A stretch of DNA of 62,998 nt, filler included, from Licmophora abbreviata (Eukaryota), in NCBI GenBank assembly GCA_900291995.1. It is 24 parts of 24 records of this genome, joined end to end, with 100 filler letters (N's around TTAATTAATTAA, not from the genome) between each part and the next. Parts side by side here need not be neighbours in the genome. Positions count along the whole stretch, not along the records: positions 30,250 to 34,864 come from OLMU01002233.1; positions 34,965 to 36,963 come from OLMU01002234.1; positions 37,064 to 39,709 come from OLMU01002235.1; positions 39,810 to 42,653 come from OLMU01002236.1; positions 42,754 to 43,959 come from OLMU01002237.1; 19 more parts are not named here. One strand, 5' to 3'. Below are positions 33,164 to 43,443 of this stretch, one piece after another (position 1 is the first letter of the stretch; each line of letters opens with the position of its first letter). The notes under the pieces were generated by a model. The model did not search any database. It worked only from the letters and a program-made list of their open reading frames with translations, and was not told the DNA's origin. Made by a program: the position numbers and the translations under genes.

Positions 33164-34518
33164 CCGACGCGAGTCTTCCCGAGAACAGCGCCGCCGCATC
33201 CGCGCATCGCTCGCTCAACACCGTTGACGCGCGCACCCGCCAGCGCAACCGCGCCGAGGCCCGCTTTCGCGCCTATGGCATCGCCGCCGTAGCCACCGGT
33301 CTTCTGTTCCTGGTGGTCCTGCTCGGCTCGATCCTCTTCAACGGGGTCGGCGCCTTCCAGCAGACCTTCATCAAGGTTCCGGTCTATCTCGATTCCGCCA
33401 AGCTCGACAAATCCGGCGAGCGCGACATCGAGGCGATCAAGAAGGTGTCCACCTTCGGCTACGCGCCGCTGATCCAGCAGGGGCTGTTCGATGTGGTGCA
33501 GGCCGCAGGCATCGAAACCCCGCTCGGCAAACCCGGCGATATGAAGCAGATGATCTCGCCCTCCGCCGCCGCCCAAGTGCGCGACACGGTGATCGACAAT
33601 CCCGACCTCATCGGCCAGACGGTCGAGTTCCGCATCCTCGCCTCGTCTCGCGTCGATGGCTATCTCAAGGACCGGGTGTTCCGCAAAGACGTGGTGCGCG
33701 ACAAGAATATCGATGTCGAACATCTCGATATCGTCGATGGGCTGGTCGCCGCCGGCATCGTGGCCAAGGAATTCAACCTCTCGTTCATCACCGGCGCCGA
33801 CGCCTCCGAAAGCCGCCCCGAACAGGCCGGTCTGGGCGTGTCGATCCTTGGGTCGTTCTTCATGATGCTGGTGGTTCTGGTCCTGTCGCTGCCGATCGGT
33901 GTGGCCGCCTCCATCTATCTCGAGGAATTCGCCCCGCAAAACCGCTTCACCGACCTGATCGAGGTGAACATCTCCAACCTCGCCGCGGTGCCCTCCATCG
34001 TGTTCGGTATCCTGGGTCTCGCGGTGTTCATCCAGTTCGCCCATCTGCCGCAATCCGCCCCTCTGGTGGGCGGCCTCACGCTCACGCTGATGACCCTGCC
34101 GACCATCGTGATCTCGACCCGCGCCTCGCTGAAATCCGTGCCGCCCTCGATCCGTGACGCGGCCCTCGGGGTCGGCGCGTCGAAGATGCAGGCGGTGTTC
34201 CACCATGTCCTGCCGATGGCCATGCCGGGCATCCTCACCGGCACGATCATCGGCCTCGCTCAGGCCCTCGGTGAAACCGCGCCGCTCTTGCTGATCGGGA
34301 TGGTGGGCTACATCGCCACCAACTATCCCGATGGCTTGGCCTCGGGCTTCATGGACCCCAACTCGGCCATGCCCGCGCAGATCTTCGAATGGGCCAAACG
34401 CGCCGATCCGGCCTATTACGAACGCGCCTGGGGCGGCATCATCATCCTTCTGGTCTTCCTGATGACCATGAATATCATTGCCATCATCCTGCGCCGCCGC
34501 TTCGAGCGCCGCTGGTAA
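33160..34518 (+). CDS. pstA: Phosphate ABC permease
   Basis: NLAAVPSIVFG, ALGETAP. Confidence 0.95.
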   Translation: MTDASLPENSAAASAHRSLNTVDARTRQRNRAEARFRAYGIAAVATGLLFLVVLLGSILFNGVGAFQQTFIKVPVYLDSAKLDKSGERDIEAIKKVSTFGYAPLIQQGLFDVVQAAGIETPLGKPGDMKQMISPSAAAQVRDTVIDNPDLIGQTVEFRILASSRVDGYLKDRVFRKDVVRDKNIDVEHLDIVDGLVAAGIVAKEFNLSFITGADASESRPEQAGLGVSILGSFFMMLVVLVLSLPIGVAASIYLEEFAPQNRFTDLIEVNISNLAAVPSIVFGILGLAVFIQFAHLPQSAPLVGGLTLTLMTLPTIVISTRASLKSVPPSIRDAALGVGASKMQAVFHHVLPMAMPGILTGTIIGLAQALGETAPLLLIGMVGYIATNYPDGLASGFMDPNSAMPAQIFEWAKRADPAYYERAWGGIIILLVFLMTMNIIAIILRRRFERRW

Positions 34519-34536
34519 ACGAGAGAGCAAAGCCCC

Positions 34537-35433
34537 ATGTACGACGCGCCCAGCCTGGAGAGAAACGTGGACCAAAAAGAAATCAAGTTCTCCGCCCGCA
34601 ATGTGCAGGTCTATTACGGAGACACCCACGCCATCAAGGACGTGACCGTTGAGATCGAGGACAACACCGTCACCGCCTTCATCGGCCCGTCGGGCTGCGG
34701 GAAGTCGACCTTCCTGCGCTGCCTGAACCGGATGAACGACACGATCGACATCTGCCGCGTCGAAGGCGATATCCGTCTTGATGGCGAGGATATCTACGAC
34801 AAGCGCGTCGATCCCGTGCAGCTGCGCGCCAAGGTCGGCATGGTCTTTCAGAAGCCCAACCCGTNNNNNNNNNNNNNNNNNNNNNNNNNNNNNNNNNNNN
34901 NNNNNNNNTTAATTAATTAANNNNNNNNNNNNNNNNNNNNNNNNNNNNNNNNNNNNNNNNNNNNCCCAAGTCGATCTACGACAACGTGGCCTACGGCCCC
35001 CGCATCCATGGTCTGGCCCGCTCCAAGGCCGAACTGGACGAGATCGTGGAAACCTGCCCTGCGCCGCGGCGCCATCTGGGACGAGGTCAAGGACCGGCTC
35101 GACGCCCCCGGCACCGGCCTTTCCGGTGGCCAGCAGCAGCGCCTGTGCATCGCCCGTGCCGTCGCCACCGCGCCCGAGGTGCTTTTGATGGACGAGCCGT
35201 GCTCGGCCCTCGATCCCATCGCCACCGCCCAGGTCGAGGAACTGATCGACGAATTGCGCCAGTCCTACTCGGTCATCATCGTCACCCACTCCATGCAGCA
35301 GGCCGCCCGCGTCAGCCAGAAGACCGCCTTCTTCCATCTCGGCCATCTCGTCGAATTCGGCGAAACCGGGCAGATCTTCACCAATCCCGAGGATGAGCGC
35401 ACCGAAAGCTACATCACCGGCCGTATCGGCTAA
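34537..35433 (+). CDS. pstB: Phosphate ABC ATPase (gap plus apparent frameshift near 35052)
   Basis: [42 protein letters not shown]. Confidence 0.93.
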
Positions 35434-35444
35434 GGAGCCCTCAG

Positions 35445-36164
35445 ATGTCCGACACCCATATCGCCTCGGCCTTCGATCGCGATCTCGAAACCATCCAGGC
35501 CCAGATCATGAAGATGGGCGGGCTGGTCGAACAGGCCATCCTCGACGCCGCCACCTCTCTGGAAACCCGCGACGAGGAACTGGCCGAAAAGGTCCGCCAG
35601 GGCGACCGCGCCATCGACGCCCTCGAAGAGCAGATCAACGAAGAGGCCGCCCGCACCATCGCCCTGCGTGCCCCCACCGCGATCGACCTGCGCCTGATCC
35701 TCACCGTCATGAAAATCGCCGGCAATCTCGAACGGATCGGCGATTATTCCAAGAACATGGCCAAGCGCACCACCGTTCTGGCCCAGATGGCGCCGATCAA
35801 CGGCTCCACCGTCGCCCTGCGCCGCATGGCCCGCGAAGTTGAAAAGATGCTGCGCGACGCGCTTGACGCCTATATCCAGCGCGACGCCGATCTCGCCCGC
35901 GACGTGGTCAATCGCGACCATGACATCGACCAGATGTATAACGCGCTCTTCCGCGAATTCCTGACCTTCATGATGGAAGACCCGCGCAACATCACACCCT
36001 GCATGCACCTGCATTTCATCGCCAAGAACACCGAGCGCATGGGCGACCACGTCACCTCCATCGCCGAACAGGTGATCTATCTCGTCACCGGCGACATGCC
36101 CGACGATGTGCGCCCGAAGCAGGACCGCACCTCGATCGACCCCAGCGTGGCACCCAAGGCCTGA
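35445..36164 (+). CDS. phoU: Phosphate signalling protein PhoU
   Basis: P.A.DLR, LERIGDY, ERMGDH repeats. Confidence 0.95.
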   Translation: MSDTHIASAFDRDLETIQAQIMKMGGLVEQAILDAATSLETRDEELAEKVRQGDRAIDALEEQINEEAARTIALRAPTAIDLRLILTVMKIAGNLERIGDYSKNMAKRTTVLAQMAPINGSTVALRRMAREVEKMLRDALDAYIQRDADLARDVVNRDHDIDQMYNALFREFLTFMMEDPRNITPCMHLHFIAKNTERMGDHVTSIAEQVIYLVTGDMPDDVRPKQDRTSIDPSVAPKA

Positions 36165-36181
36165 ACAAGGAACTTTGACCC

Positions 36182-36869
36182 ATGTCCATCGATCAGCCCT
36201 CCGTCCTTCTGGTCGAGGATGAGCCCGCGCAGCGCGAAGTGCTCAGCTACAACCTCGAAGCCGACGGGTTCCGCGTGACCACCGCCGAAAATGGCGAAGA
36301 GGCTCTGTTGCTCGTCGACGAGGCCGCCCCCGACATCATCGTGCTGGACTGGATGCTGCCCAATGTCTCGGGCATCGAGGTCTGCCGACAGCTCAAGACC
36401 CGCGCCGATACGCGCAACGTCCCGATCCTCATGCTCTCGGCCCGCTCCGAAGAGGTGGACCGGGTGCGCGGTCTGGAAACCGGCGCTGATGATTACGTCG
36501 TCAAACCCTATTCCGTGATCGAGCTAATGGCCCGCGTGCGCGCCCTCCTGCGCCGCTCGCGCCCTTCGGCGGTGGGCGAGCGTCTGGAATATGAAGACAT
36601 CGTGCTCGATGCCGAAACCCACCGCGTCACCCGCTCCGACAAGCCGCTAAAACTCGGCCCGACCGAATTTCGCCTGCTCTCGACCTTCATGGAAAAGCCG
36701 GGCCGCGTCTGGTCGCGCGAACAGTTGCTCGACCGGGTCTGGGGCCGCGACATCTATGTCGAACCCGCACGTCGATGTTCATATCGGACGGCTGCGCAAG
36801 GCGCTCTGTCAGCATGGCGGCGGCGATCCGCTACGCACCGTTCGTGGCGCGGGATACGCGCTCGGCTAA
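36182..36869 (+). CDS. phoB: Response regulator PhoB; apparent frameshift near 36762-36772
   Basis: LDWMLP, GADDYVVKPY, LGPTEFRLL; the C-terminus VDVHIGRLRKAL...RTVRGAGYALG* continues in another frame. Confidence 0.92.
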
Positions 36870-37063
36870 CGCGATTTGCGTACGGGATGGACACAAATCC
36901 GGGCGATAGCCCCGGATTTCGTCCTAAACCCGTGTAGGTTTCGTACGGGTCGTACCAAACTCGNNNNNNNNNNNNNNNNNNNNNNNNNNNNNNNNNNNNN
37001 NNNNNNNTTAATTAATTAANNNNNNNNNNNNNNNNNNNNNNNNNNNNNNNNNNNNNNNNNNNN

Positions 37064-37924
37064 AAACTTGATCAGCGCCGCATCGCGCGCCTTTTCCATA
37101 GGCCAAACAAGGTGATAGGCCCCCGGCGTCTCCGTCACATCGCCCCAGGCCCGCACGAGCCGCCCCGTCGCAAGGTCCTGTTCGGCCAGGTAATCGGGCA
37201 AAAGCGCCACGCCCAACCCGTGCAGCGCCGCCTGCGTAATCGTTGAAAACTGGTCATAAATCGTCCCCGTGACCTGTCCCGCCTCGATTCCATGCGCCCC
37301 AAACCATGCCCGCCACGCCTCGGGCCGGGTCTCGATATGCAAAAGCGGCAAGCCCAGCAAATCCCCCGGCCCGCTGAGCGCGCGCCCCGCCAGAAGCTCA
37401 GGCGCGCAGACCGCGATCACGGCTTCGGTCTTCAACCGCAAAGCCTGCGTTCCCGGCCAATCTGCGCGCCCGAAATGTAGCGCTGCATCAAAGGGTTCTG
37501 CGGCGAAGTTAAACGGCTTTATCCGGGTCGAAAGGTTGATCGTCACCTCCGGGTGCCGCCGCGCGAAATCCGCCAGTCGCGGCACCAGCCAGCGCATCCC
37601 GAAAGTGGGCAGGATGGCAAGGCTCAGACTGCCGCCCGCCGGATTCACCGTCACTTTCAACGTCGCTTGGCTGATCTTGTGCAGCGCCGCGCGGATCTCG
37701 GCGGCATAATTGGCGGCCTCCGGCGTCAACACCATCCGCCGCCCTTGCCTTATAATCAAGGTGATCCCCAATTGTTCTTCCAGCGTTTGCAGCTGTCGGC
37801 TCACCGCGCTCTGGCTCAACGACAGCTCCTCTGCCGCCGCCGTGGCACTCCCCATTCGGTCCAGCGCTTCCAGCGCCCGCAGGCTGGCGGTCGAGGGCAG
37901 AAATCGGCGGGGTAGGGTACTCAT
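37064..37924 (-). CDS. LysR-family regulator (GcvA-like, probable GcdR), 3' end in gap
   Basis: AAEELSLSQSAVSRQ HTH, WLVPRL..F...HP; divergent from gcdH. Confidence 0.85.
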
Positions 37925-38027
37925 ATGCGCAATCCTCATGGATAAATGCGGAATTCGCGTTTTTTCATACGCCACCGCTCGTGTATTGTCCAATTAACCC
38001 GATATTTCCTCATAAGGAGCAGCCCCC

Positions 38028-39252
38028 ATGAGCCTCGACACGCCCAGCATCCGCCAGAAAGACAAGCCCGATCTCGGATCTTTCGACTGGCAGGATCCTT
38101 TCATGCTGGAAAATCAACTGCTTGAAGAAGAGCGGATGATTTCCCAAAGCGCCAGAACCTTCGCACAAGAGGTGCTGCAGCCGCGTGTGATCCGCGCCTA
38201 TGCCAATGAAGAAACCGATCCCGGCATTTTCCGCGAGATGGGGCAAATGGGCCTTCTGGGCACCACGATTCCCGAAGAATATGGTGGATTGTCCGCAGGT
38301 TACGTGGCTTACGGGCTGGTTGCCCGCGAAATCGAGCGGGTCGATTCCGGCTACCGGTCGATGATGAGCGTGCAATCCTCGCTCGTGATGTATCCGATCT
38401 ATGCCTATGGCAGCGAAGACCAGCGCCTCAAATACCTGCCGGGATTGGCCAGCGGCGAGTTGATCGGCTGTTTCGGCCTGACCGAACCCGATGCCGGATC
38501 GGATCCCGCCGGCATGAAAACCCGCGTCGAAAAAACCGCGACGGGCTACCGCCTCACCGGCTCCAAGATGTGGATTTCCAATGCGCCCATCGCCGATGTC
38601 TTCGTCGTCTGGGCCAAGTCCGAAGCCCATGGTGGCAAGATCAAAGGCTTCATTCTGGACAAGGGCGCAAAGGGCCTCAGCGCCCCGAAAATCACCGGAA
38701 AACAAAGCCTTCGCGCCTCGGTCACCGGCGAGATCGTGATGGATGGCGTCGAAGTCGGCGAAGATGCGCTCTTGCCCCATGTCGAAGGGCTCAAGGGTCC
38801 GTTCGGCTGTCTCAACCGGGCGCGCTATGGCATCGCCTGGGGTGTCATGGGCTCGGCCGAGTTTTGCTGGCATGCCGCCCGTCAATATGGTCTCGACCGT
38901 CATCAGTTCCGCCGCCCTCTGGCCCAGACCCAGCTTTTCCAGAAAAAACTTGCCGATATGCAAACAGAGGTGACGTTGGGTCTGCAAGCCGCGCTGCGCG
39001 TTGGTCGCCTGATGGACGAAGCCAGCGCCGCACCCGAGATGATCAGCCTCATCAAGCGCAACAATTGCGGCAAGGCGCTCGACATCGCGCGCATGGCCCG
39101 CGACATGCATGGCGGCAACGGAATTTCCGAGGAATATCAAGTCATTCGCCACATGATGAACCTCGGAGACCGTGAACACCTATGAAGGCACGCATGACGT
39201 GCACGCGCTCATCCTCGGGCGGGCACAGACCGGCTTGCAGGCGTTCTTCTGA
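38028..39252 (+). CDS. gcdH: Glutaryl-CoA dehydrogenase; apparent extra G near 39166
   Basis: [40 protein letters not shown]; the tail [23 protein letters not shown] continues in a shifted frame. Confidence 0.9.
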
Positions 39253-39347
39253 TACCGCAGGTGCAGGGGCAGGGGGCAGGGCTTTCGCCTGTTGCGTCTG
39301 GCCCTGCACGCGCTACCGTGGCCCGTGCAACTCTCACGGTGACCACG

Positions 39348-40603
39348 ATGCGCGATCTCGGCTCCCTCTGGCGCGACAGCGCCGCCGAAACCTTCTCCGC
39401 CCCGCCTGTGTCGGGCGATCTGTCATGCGATCTGCTGGTGATCGGCGGCGGTTTCACCGGTTGCACCGCAGCCCTCACCGCGGCAGATTACGGATCGGAC
39501 GTGATCCTGCTCGAGGCTGATACGATCGGCCACGGCGGCTCCGGGCGGAATGTGGGGCTAGTCAATGCCGGTCTGTGGCTGCCCCCCGACACGGTCTGCG
39601 ACACGCTCGGCCCGGAGGCGGGCGAGCGGTTGAACACCCTTCTGGCGTCGGCCCCGGACTTGGTATTTGACCTTATTTCCCAATATGATATCGCCTGCGA
39701 GCCGCGTCGNNNNNNNNNNNNNNNNNNNNNNNNNNNNNNNNNNNNNNNNNNNNTTAATTAATTAANNNNNNNNNNNNNNNNNNNNNNNNNNNNNNNNNNN
39801 NNNNNNNNNAAACCGAGACGGCGGCCCGCACCGGCACATCTGGCTTTCACGGCGCGCTCCATGATGCAAGGGCAGGGACGGTTCAGCCCTTGGCCTATGT
39901 CCGGGGTCTCGCCCGCGCCGCCCAGTCCTTCGGTGCGCGTCTCTTCGAGCACAGTCCCGCCAGCTCGATCACCCGGCAGGGCGATCACTGGATCTTCCGC
40001 AGCAACGACGCGACCCTGCGCGCCAAGGCGTTACTGGTGGCCACCAACGCCTATCACCGGCCCGTCGCTCATATGACATTACCTCATGTACCCAAGGTCA
40101 ATTACTTCCAACTCGCCACCGCCCCCCTCGGAAACAACATTTCTCGAGACATTTTGCCCGGTGGGGAAGGGTGCTGGGATACCGGCCTCATCATGTCGTC
40201 CTTGCGCCGCGACGCGGCAGGCAGGGTGATCTTTGGCGGCATGGGCGACGACGCCGGCGTGCAGGCGGGATGGGCGCGACGCAAGCTGGCACAGCTTTTC
40301 CCGCAACTGGCCGATGCCGAGATCACCCATCAATGGGCCGGGCAGATCTCGATGACCTCGGACCATCTGCCGCGCATCCTGCGGGTTGGTCCCGATGCGC
40401 TGTCGATCTTCGGCTATTCGGGCCGTGGGATCGCCCCCGGCACCGCTTTTGGGCAGGCCGCGGCGCGCGCCTTGCTGACGGGGGATGACAGCCATTTGCC
40501 GCTTGAACCCGTAGGCGCGCATATCGAAAGGCTTCCGGGCCTCAAGACCGCATTCTACGAGACCGGCGCGCGCCTTGTGCACGCCGTATCGGCGCGCCGC
40601 TGA
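39348..40603 (+). CDS. FAD-dependent amine/amino-acid oxidase (DAO family), possibly L-pipecolate oxidase; split by gap
   Basis: GGGFTG Rossmann motif, GGSGRNVGLVNAGLW, GYSGRGIAPGT. Confidence 0.75.
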
Positions 40604-40611
40604 CCCGGGTG

Positions 40612-41043
40612 TCATCCCTTGCCGAGATCCGACAGCGCAGCCTGAGCCGCATATGTGGCCGGTCTATCCATCATGACCAACTGGCGCTGCATCTCGGCGT
40701 CCAGCATGGCCAGCGCCTCACGCTCGAGTGCGTCGGCATCCTCCGCATCGCGCCTTTCGGCCCTGATGCGGCGCGCGGCCTCGGCGGGGTCATCGCTCAA
40801 ATAGGCGTTGCTCGTCGTGACACTCACCACAGACCCTTTCTTGACAAGAATGCCCGTGGACAGCCCCACATGGCGCGGCGGCCCTCCCGGTGCCTGATAC
40901 CTCAGAACACCCGGCACCAGATCCGACAGGCAATCCATGTCACCAGCCCAAAGCCCGAAAGCTCCCTGACTGCCCAAGCCGAAAATCTGGCTGACCTCGG
41001 TGTCCAGAACAACGCGCGTTGGTGTGATGATCCTAAGCCGCAT
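40612..41043 (-). CDS. Orphan F1 ATPase epsilon-like subunit (resembles the N-ATPase/alternate type)
   Basis: MRLRIITP..V.....V......G..G.FGL....DC...LVPGVL.Y.......V....GILVK.G..V.V, helical C-terminus; GGAGG RBS. Confidence 0.7.
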   Translation of the reverse strand: MRLRIITPTRVVLDTEVSQIFGLGSQGAFGLWAGDMDCLSDLVPGVLRYQAPGGPPRHVGLSTGILVKKGSVVSVTTSNAYLSDDPAEAARRIRAERRDAEDADALEREALAMLDAEMQRQLVMMDRPATYAAQAALSDLGKG

Positions 41044-41566
41044 ATGTGATCGCCTCCGTGCTTGTGTCGCGCGCCCCGAACGCCATGACGCCGGTTGTAC
41101 CGGGCCTGCCAAACGGCGCGATATCGTTGACATATGTGTTGAGCGATCCCGACAGGGCGGGGCACAGAACACGGCACCAAAAGGCAACCTTCATCAGGCG
41201 CCGCTCTGTGCTCGATCGTTCCCCGAAAATCTGTCCCATGATGTCCGCCATACCGTGGCATCCTTGTCGCTCATACGCTCCGCATGTGCTGCGGTTCTTT
41301 AAGGCGTTTCGCGAAAAACCTGACTCACAGATTTTCGCGAAATGCAGTGCTTCGTTCATTCGTTGTACGCGTTCCGCCTTGAGCTGATGCCTCAGGTTAA
41401 AGGCGGAACGCTTTGATGATAGGTTGAGCAAAGCCGCGATGACATTATCATCCGTCAATGAGGCGCAGATTGAGACGATGACCGATCCGCAGGGGGGCGT
41501 GTTGCCGGTTGACGGAAAATCGGGTCGCAGGCATGTCCGGGTACCATGCGATATGGATTGTGATAT

Positions 41567-41594
41567 AAGGCGCATAATCAGTATTATGTAAATA
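41567..41594. other. dif-like XerC/XerD recombination site (replication terminus)
   Basis: AAGGCGCATAA-TCAGTA-TTATGTAAATA versus E. coli dif GGTGCGCATAA-TGTATA-TTATGTTAAAT; AT-rich intergenic context; KOPS polarity flips across it. Confidence 0.8.
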
Positions 41595-41809
41595 ATAAGC
41601 ATGATCGAGATATGAGCTCGACACCATTTATCCTGTTGAAAAACAAACCTTTGAAAGGCACAGTTTACGCAAAGCAGCTATTTGATGCGCGCCTGACCCT
41701 AGCGGCATCCATGTCGCAGATCACGCGCGAAACGCTATCGCCGCTTATCGCACTCTCGACACGGGCCGTGACAGCGCGCTAGAACAGCGGCCAACAAGGA
41801 AACGCTCCA

Positions 41810-42253
41810 ATGACCTCGATCCTGATCCTCAACGGGCCCAATCTGAACTTGCTCGGCACACGGCAACCCCATGTCTACGGCACCACCACGCTGGCCGATA
41901 TCGAAGCGATGTGCCGCACCCGTGCCAAGGCCCGGTCGGTCGATCTGGCGTTTCAGCAGGACAATTCCGAAGGTGCCCTGATCGACGCGATCCATGCGGC
42001 GCGCGGTACGCATCACGGGATCATTCTCAATGCGGGTGCGTACACCCACACCTCCATCGCGCTGATGGACGCGCTCAGCTCGGTCGAGATTCCCGCGATC
42101 GAACTGCACCTGTCCAACATCCACGCGCGTGAAGCGTTCCGTCATCAGTCTTATATGTCACGAGTCGCTATCGGTATAATCTGCGGCTTCGGCGCCCAGG
42201 GGTACGAACTGGCGCTCGACGCCATGGTCGGACACCTGGAGCGCGCTTCATGA
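41810..42253 (+). CDS. aroQ: Type II 3-dehydroquinate dehydratase
   Basis: [36 protein letters not shown]. Confidence 0.95.
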   Translation: MTSILILNGPNLNLLGTRQPHVYGTTTLADIEAMCRTRAKARSVDLAFQQDNSEGALIDAIHAARGTHHGIILNAGAYTHTSIALMDALSSVEIPAIELHLSNIHAREAFRHQSYMSRVAIGIICGFGAQGYELALDAMVGHLERAS

Positions 42254-43073
42254 CGGTCAGCACCGCGGTCATCAACGAGATCATCAACGTCTCCAGCGTC
42301 GAGGAAGTCTGGAATATCCACACCCGGCGCATGGGCGATTACGGGTTCGACCGGATCATGTACGGCTACACCCGCTACCGCACCGAAACCTCGCTCGGGG
42401 ATCCCGACGATTTCGTCTTGCTGACCAATCATCACCGGGATTACTCGGATGTGTTCATTGGCGAAGGCCTCTATTTTCATGCGCCGATGGTCAAATGGGC
42501 GCTGGATAATGAAGGCGCGTGCTCATGGTCGGTGATGGCCAAACGGATGTCCTCGGGCGGCGTGAGCGATCAGGAACGCAAGGTGATCGATTTCAACCGC
42601 CGACATGGCGTGACCGCTGGCTATTCGATCAGCTTCAAATCCGTGACGCCCCGNNNNNNNNNNNNNNNNNNNNNNNNNNNNNNNNNNNNNNNNNNNNTTA
42701 ATTAATTAANNNNNNNNNNNNNNNNNNNNNNNNNNNNNNNNNNNNNNNNNNNNATCTGGATCAGGCGGCGGTGGATGCCATCTGGGAGCGGTATGGCCAT
42801 GAGATTCTCACGCTCAACAACGTGGTGCATCTGCGCATCCTCACCCTGCCCTACAGCGCCAAGGGTCGCGCCTTGACGCGGCGCCAGCGCGAAGTGCTCG
42901 CTTGGGTCGGCGACGGCAAGACCATCGCGGATATCGCTTTGTTGATGGGGCTCACGCCCACGACCGTCGAAAAGCACCTGCGCCTCGCGCGCCACGCGCT
43001 GAGCGTGGAAACCACCGCACAAGCGGTGCTCAAGGCGGCGTTTCAGAACCAGATGTATGTGCTCGACCCATAA
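42250..43073 (+). CDS. LuxR-family solo regulator with autoinducer-binding-type domain (split by gap)
   Basis: N-terminal ligand domain; C-terminal [17 protein letters not shown]......TVEKHL; no luxI adjacent. Confidence 0.85.
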
Positions 43074-43197
43074 TTCGAGACAACTTCTGAAAGCTTTTTT
43101 TATCCAATGGTAAGGAATACGTTACTTTTGCCGCATATCCGGTCGGTGCAAAATGAACGCGTTCCGTGAGTGGTGGCTTTTGGGCCTGGGAACAATG

Positions 43198-43407
43198 AGA
43201 CCGCGAATCCTCGCAAATTTCGAGGCTCTCCGGTCTTCCGGCTAACCGGACCCCGGCCGCCGGTTCTATTGTTCGTATCGGTGGCCGGATGTACCCGGTG
43301 GGTCCGTGAGTAACAGTAACCAGTTTGCTAGTGCCGTCCGTCTTCATTCCCCAAGTGACAGGCGTCGGAAATGTAAGATGCCGCCCCGAGTGATCGGGGC
43401 GGCATTG
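43198..43407. ncRNA. Candidate structured RNA downstream of luxR (strand not established)
   Basis: Nested stems GAGACCG/CGGTCTT and CCTCG/CGAGG; CGGACCC/GGGTCCG and CCGGCCGCCGGT/ATCGGTGGCCGG; final hairpin ATGCCGCCCCGA/TCGGGGCGGCAT. Confidence 0.4.
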
Positions 43408-43443
43408 AATTTTCCACATCGCGTGGCGAAAAGATCAGCGAGA

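Noticed and set aside
30491..33199. 902-aa minus-strand ORF and many similar long antisense ORFs (e.g. 15251-17059, 32854-34629)
   Set aside because: Shadow ORFs opposite clear genes, expected from high-GC codon bias; no recognisable motifs.
41033..41602. 189-aa minus-strand and 113-aa plus-strand ORFs in the AT-richer region
   Set aside because: No motifs, atypical composition, and the longer one overlaps the dif-like site; likely non-coding.
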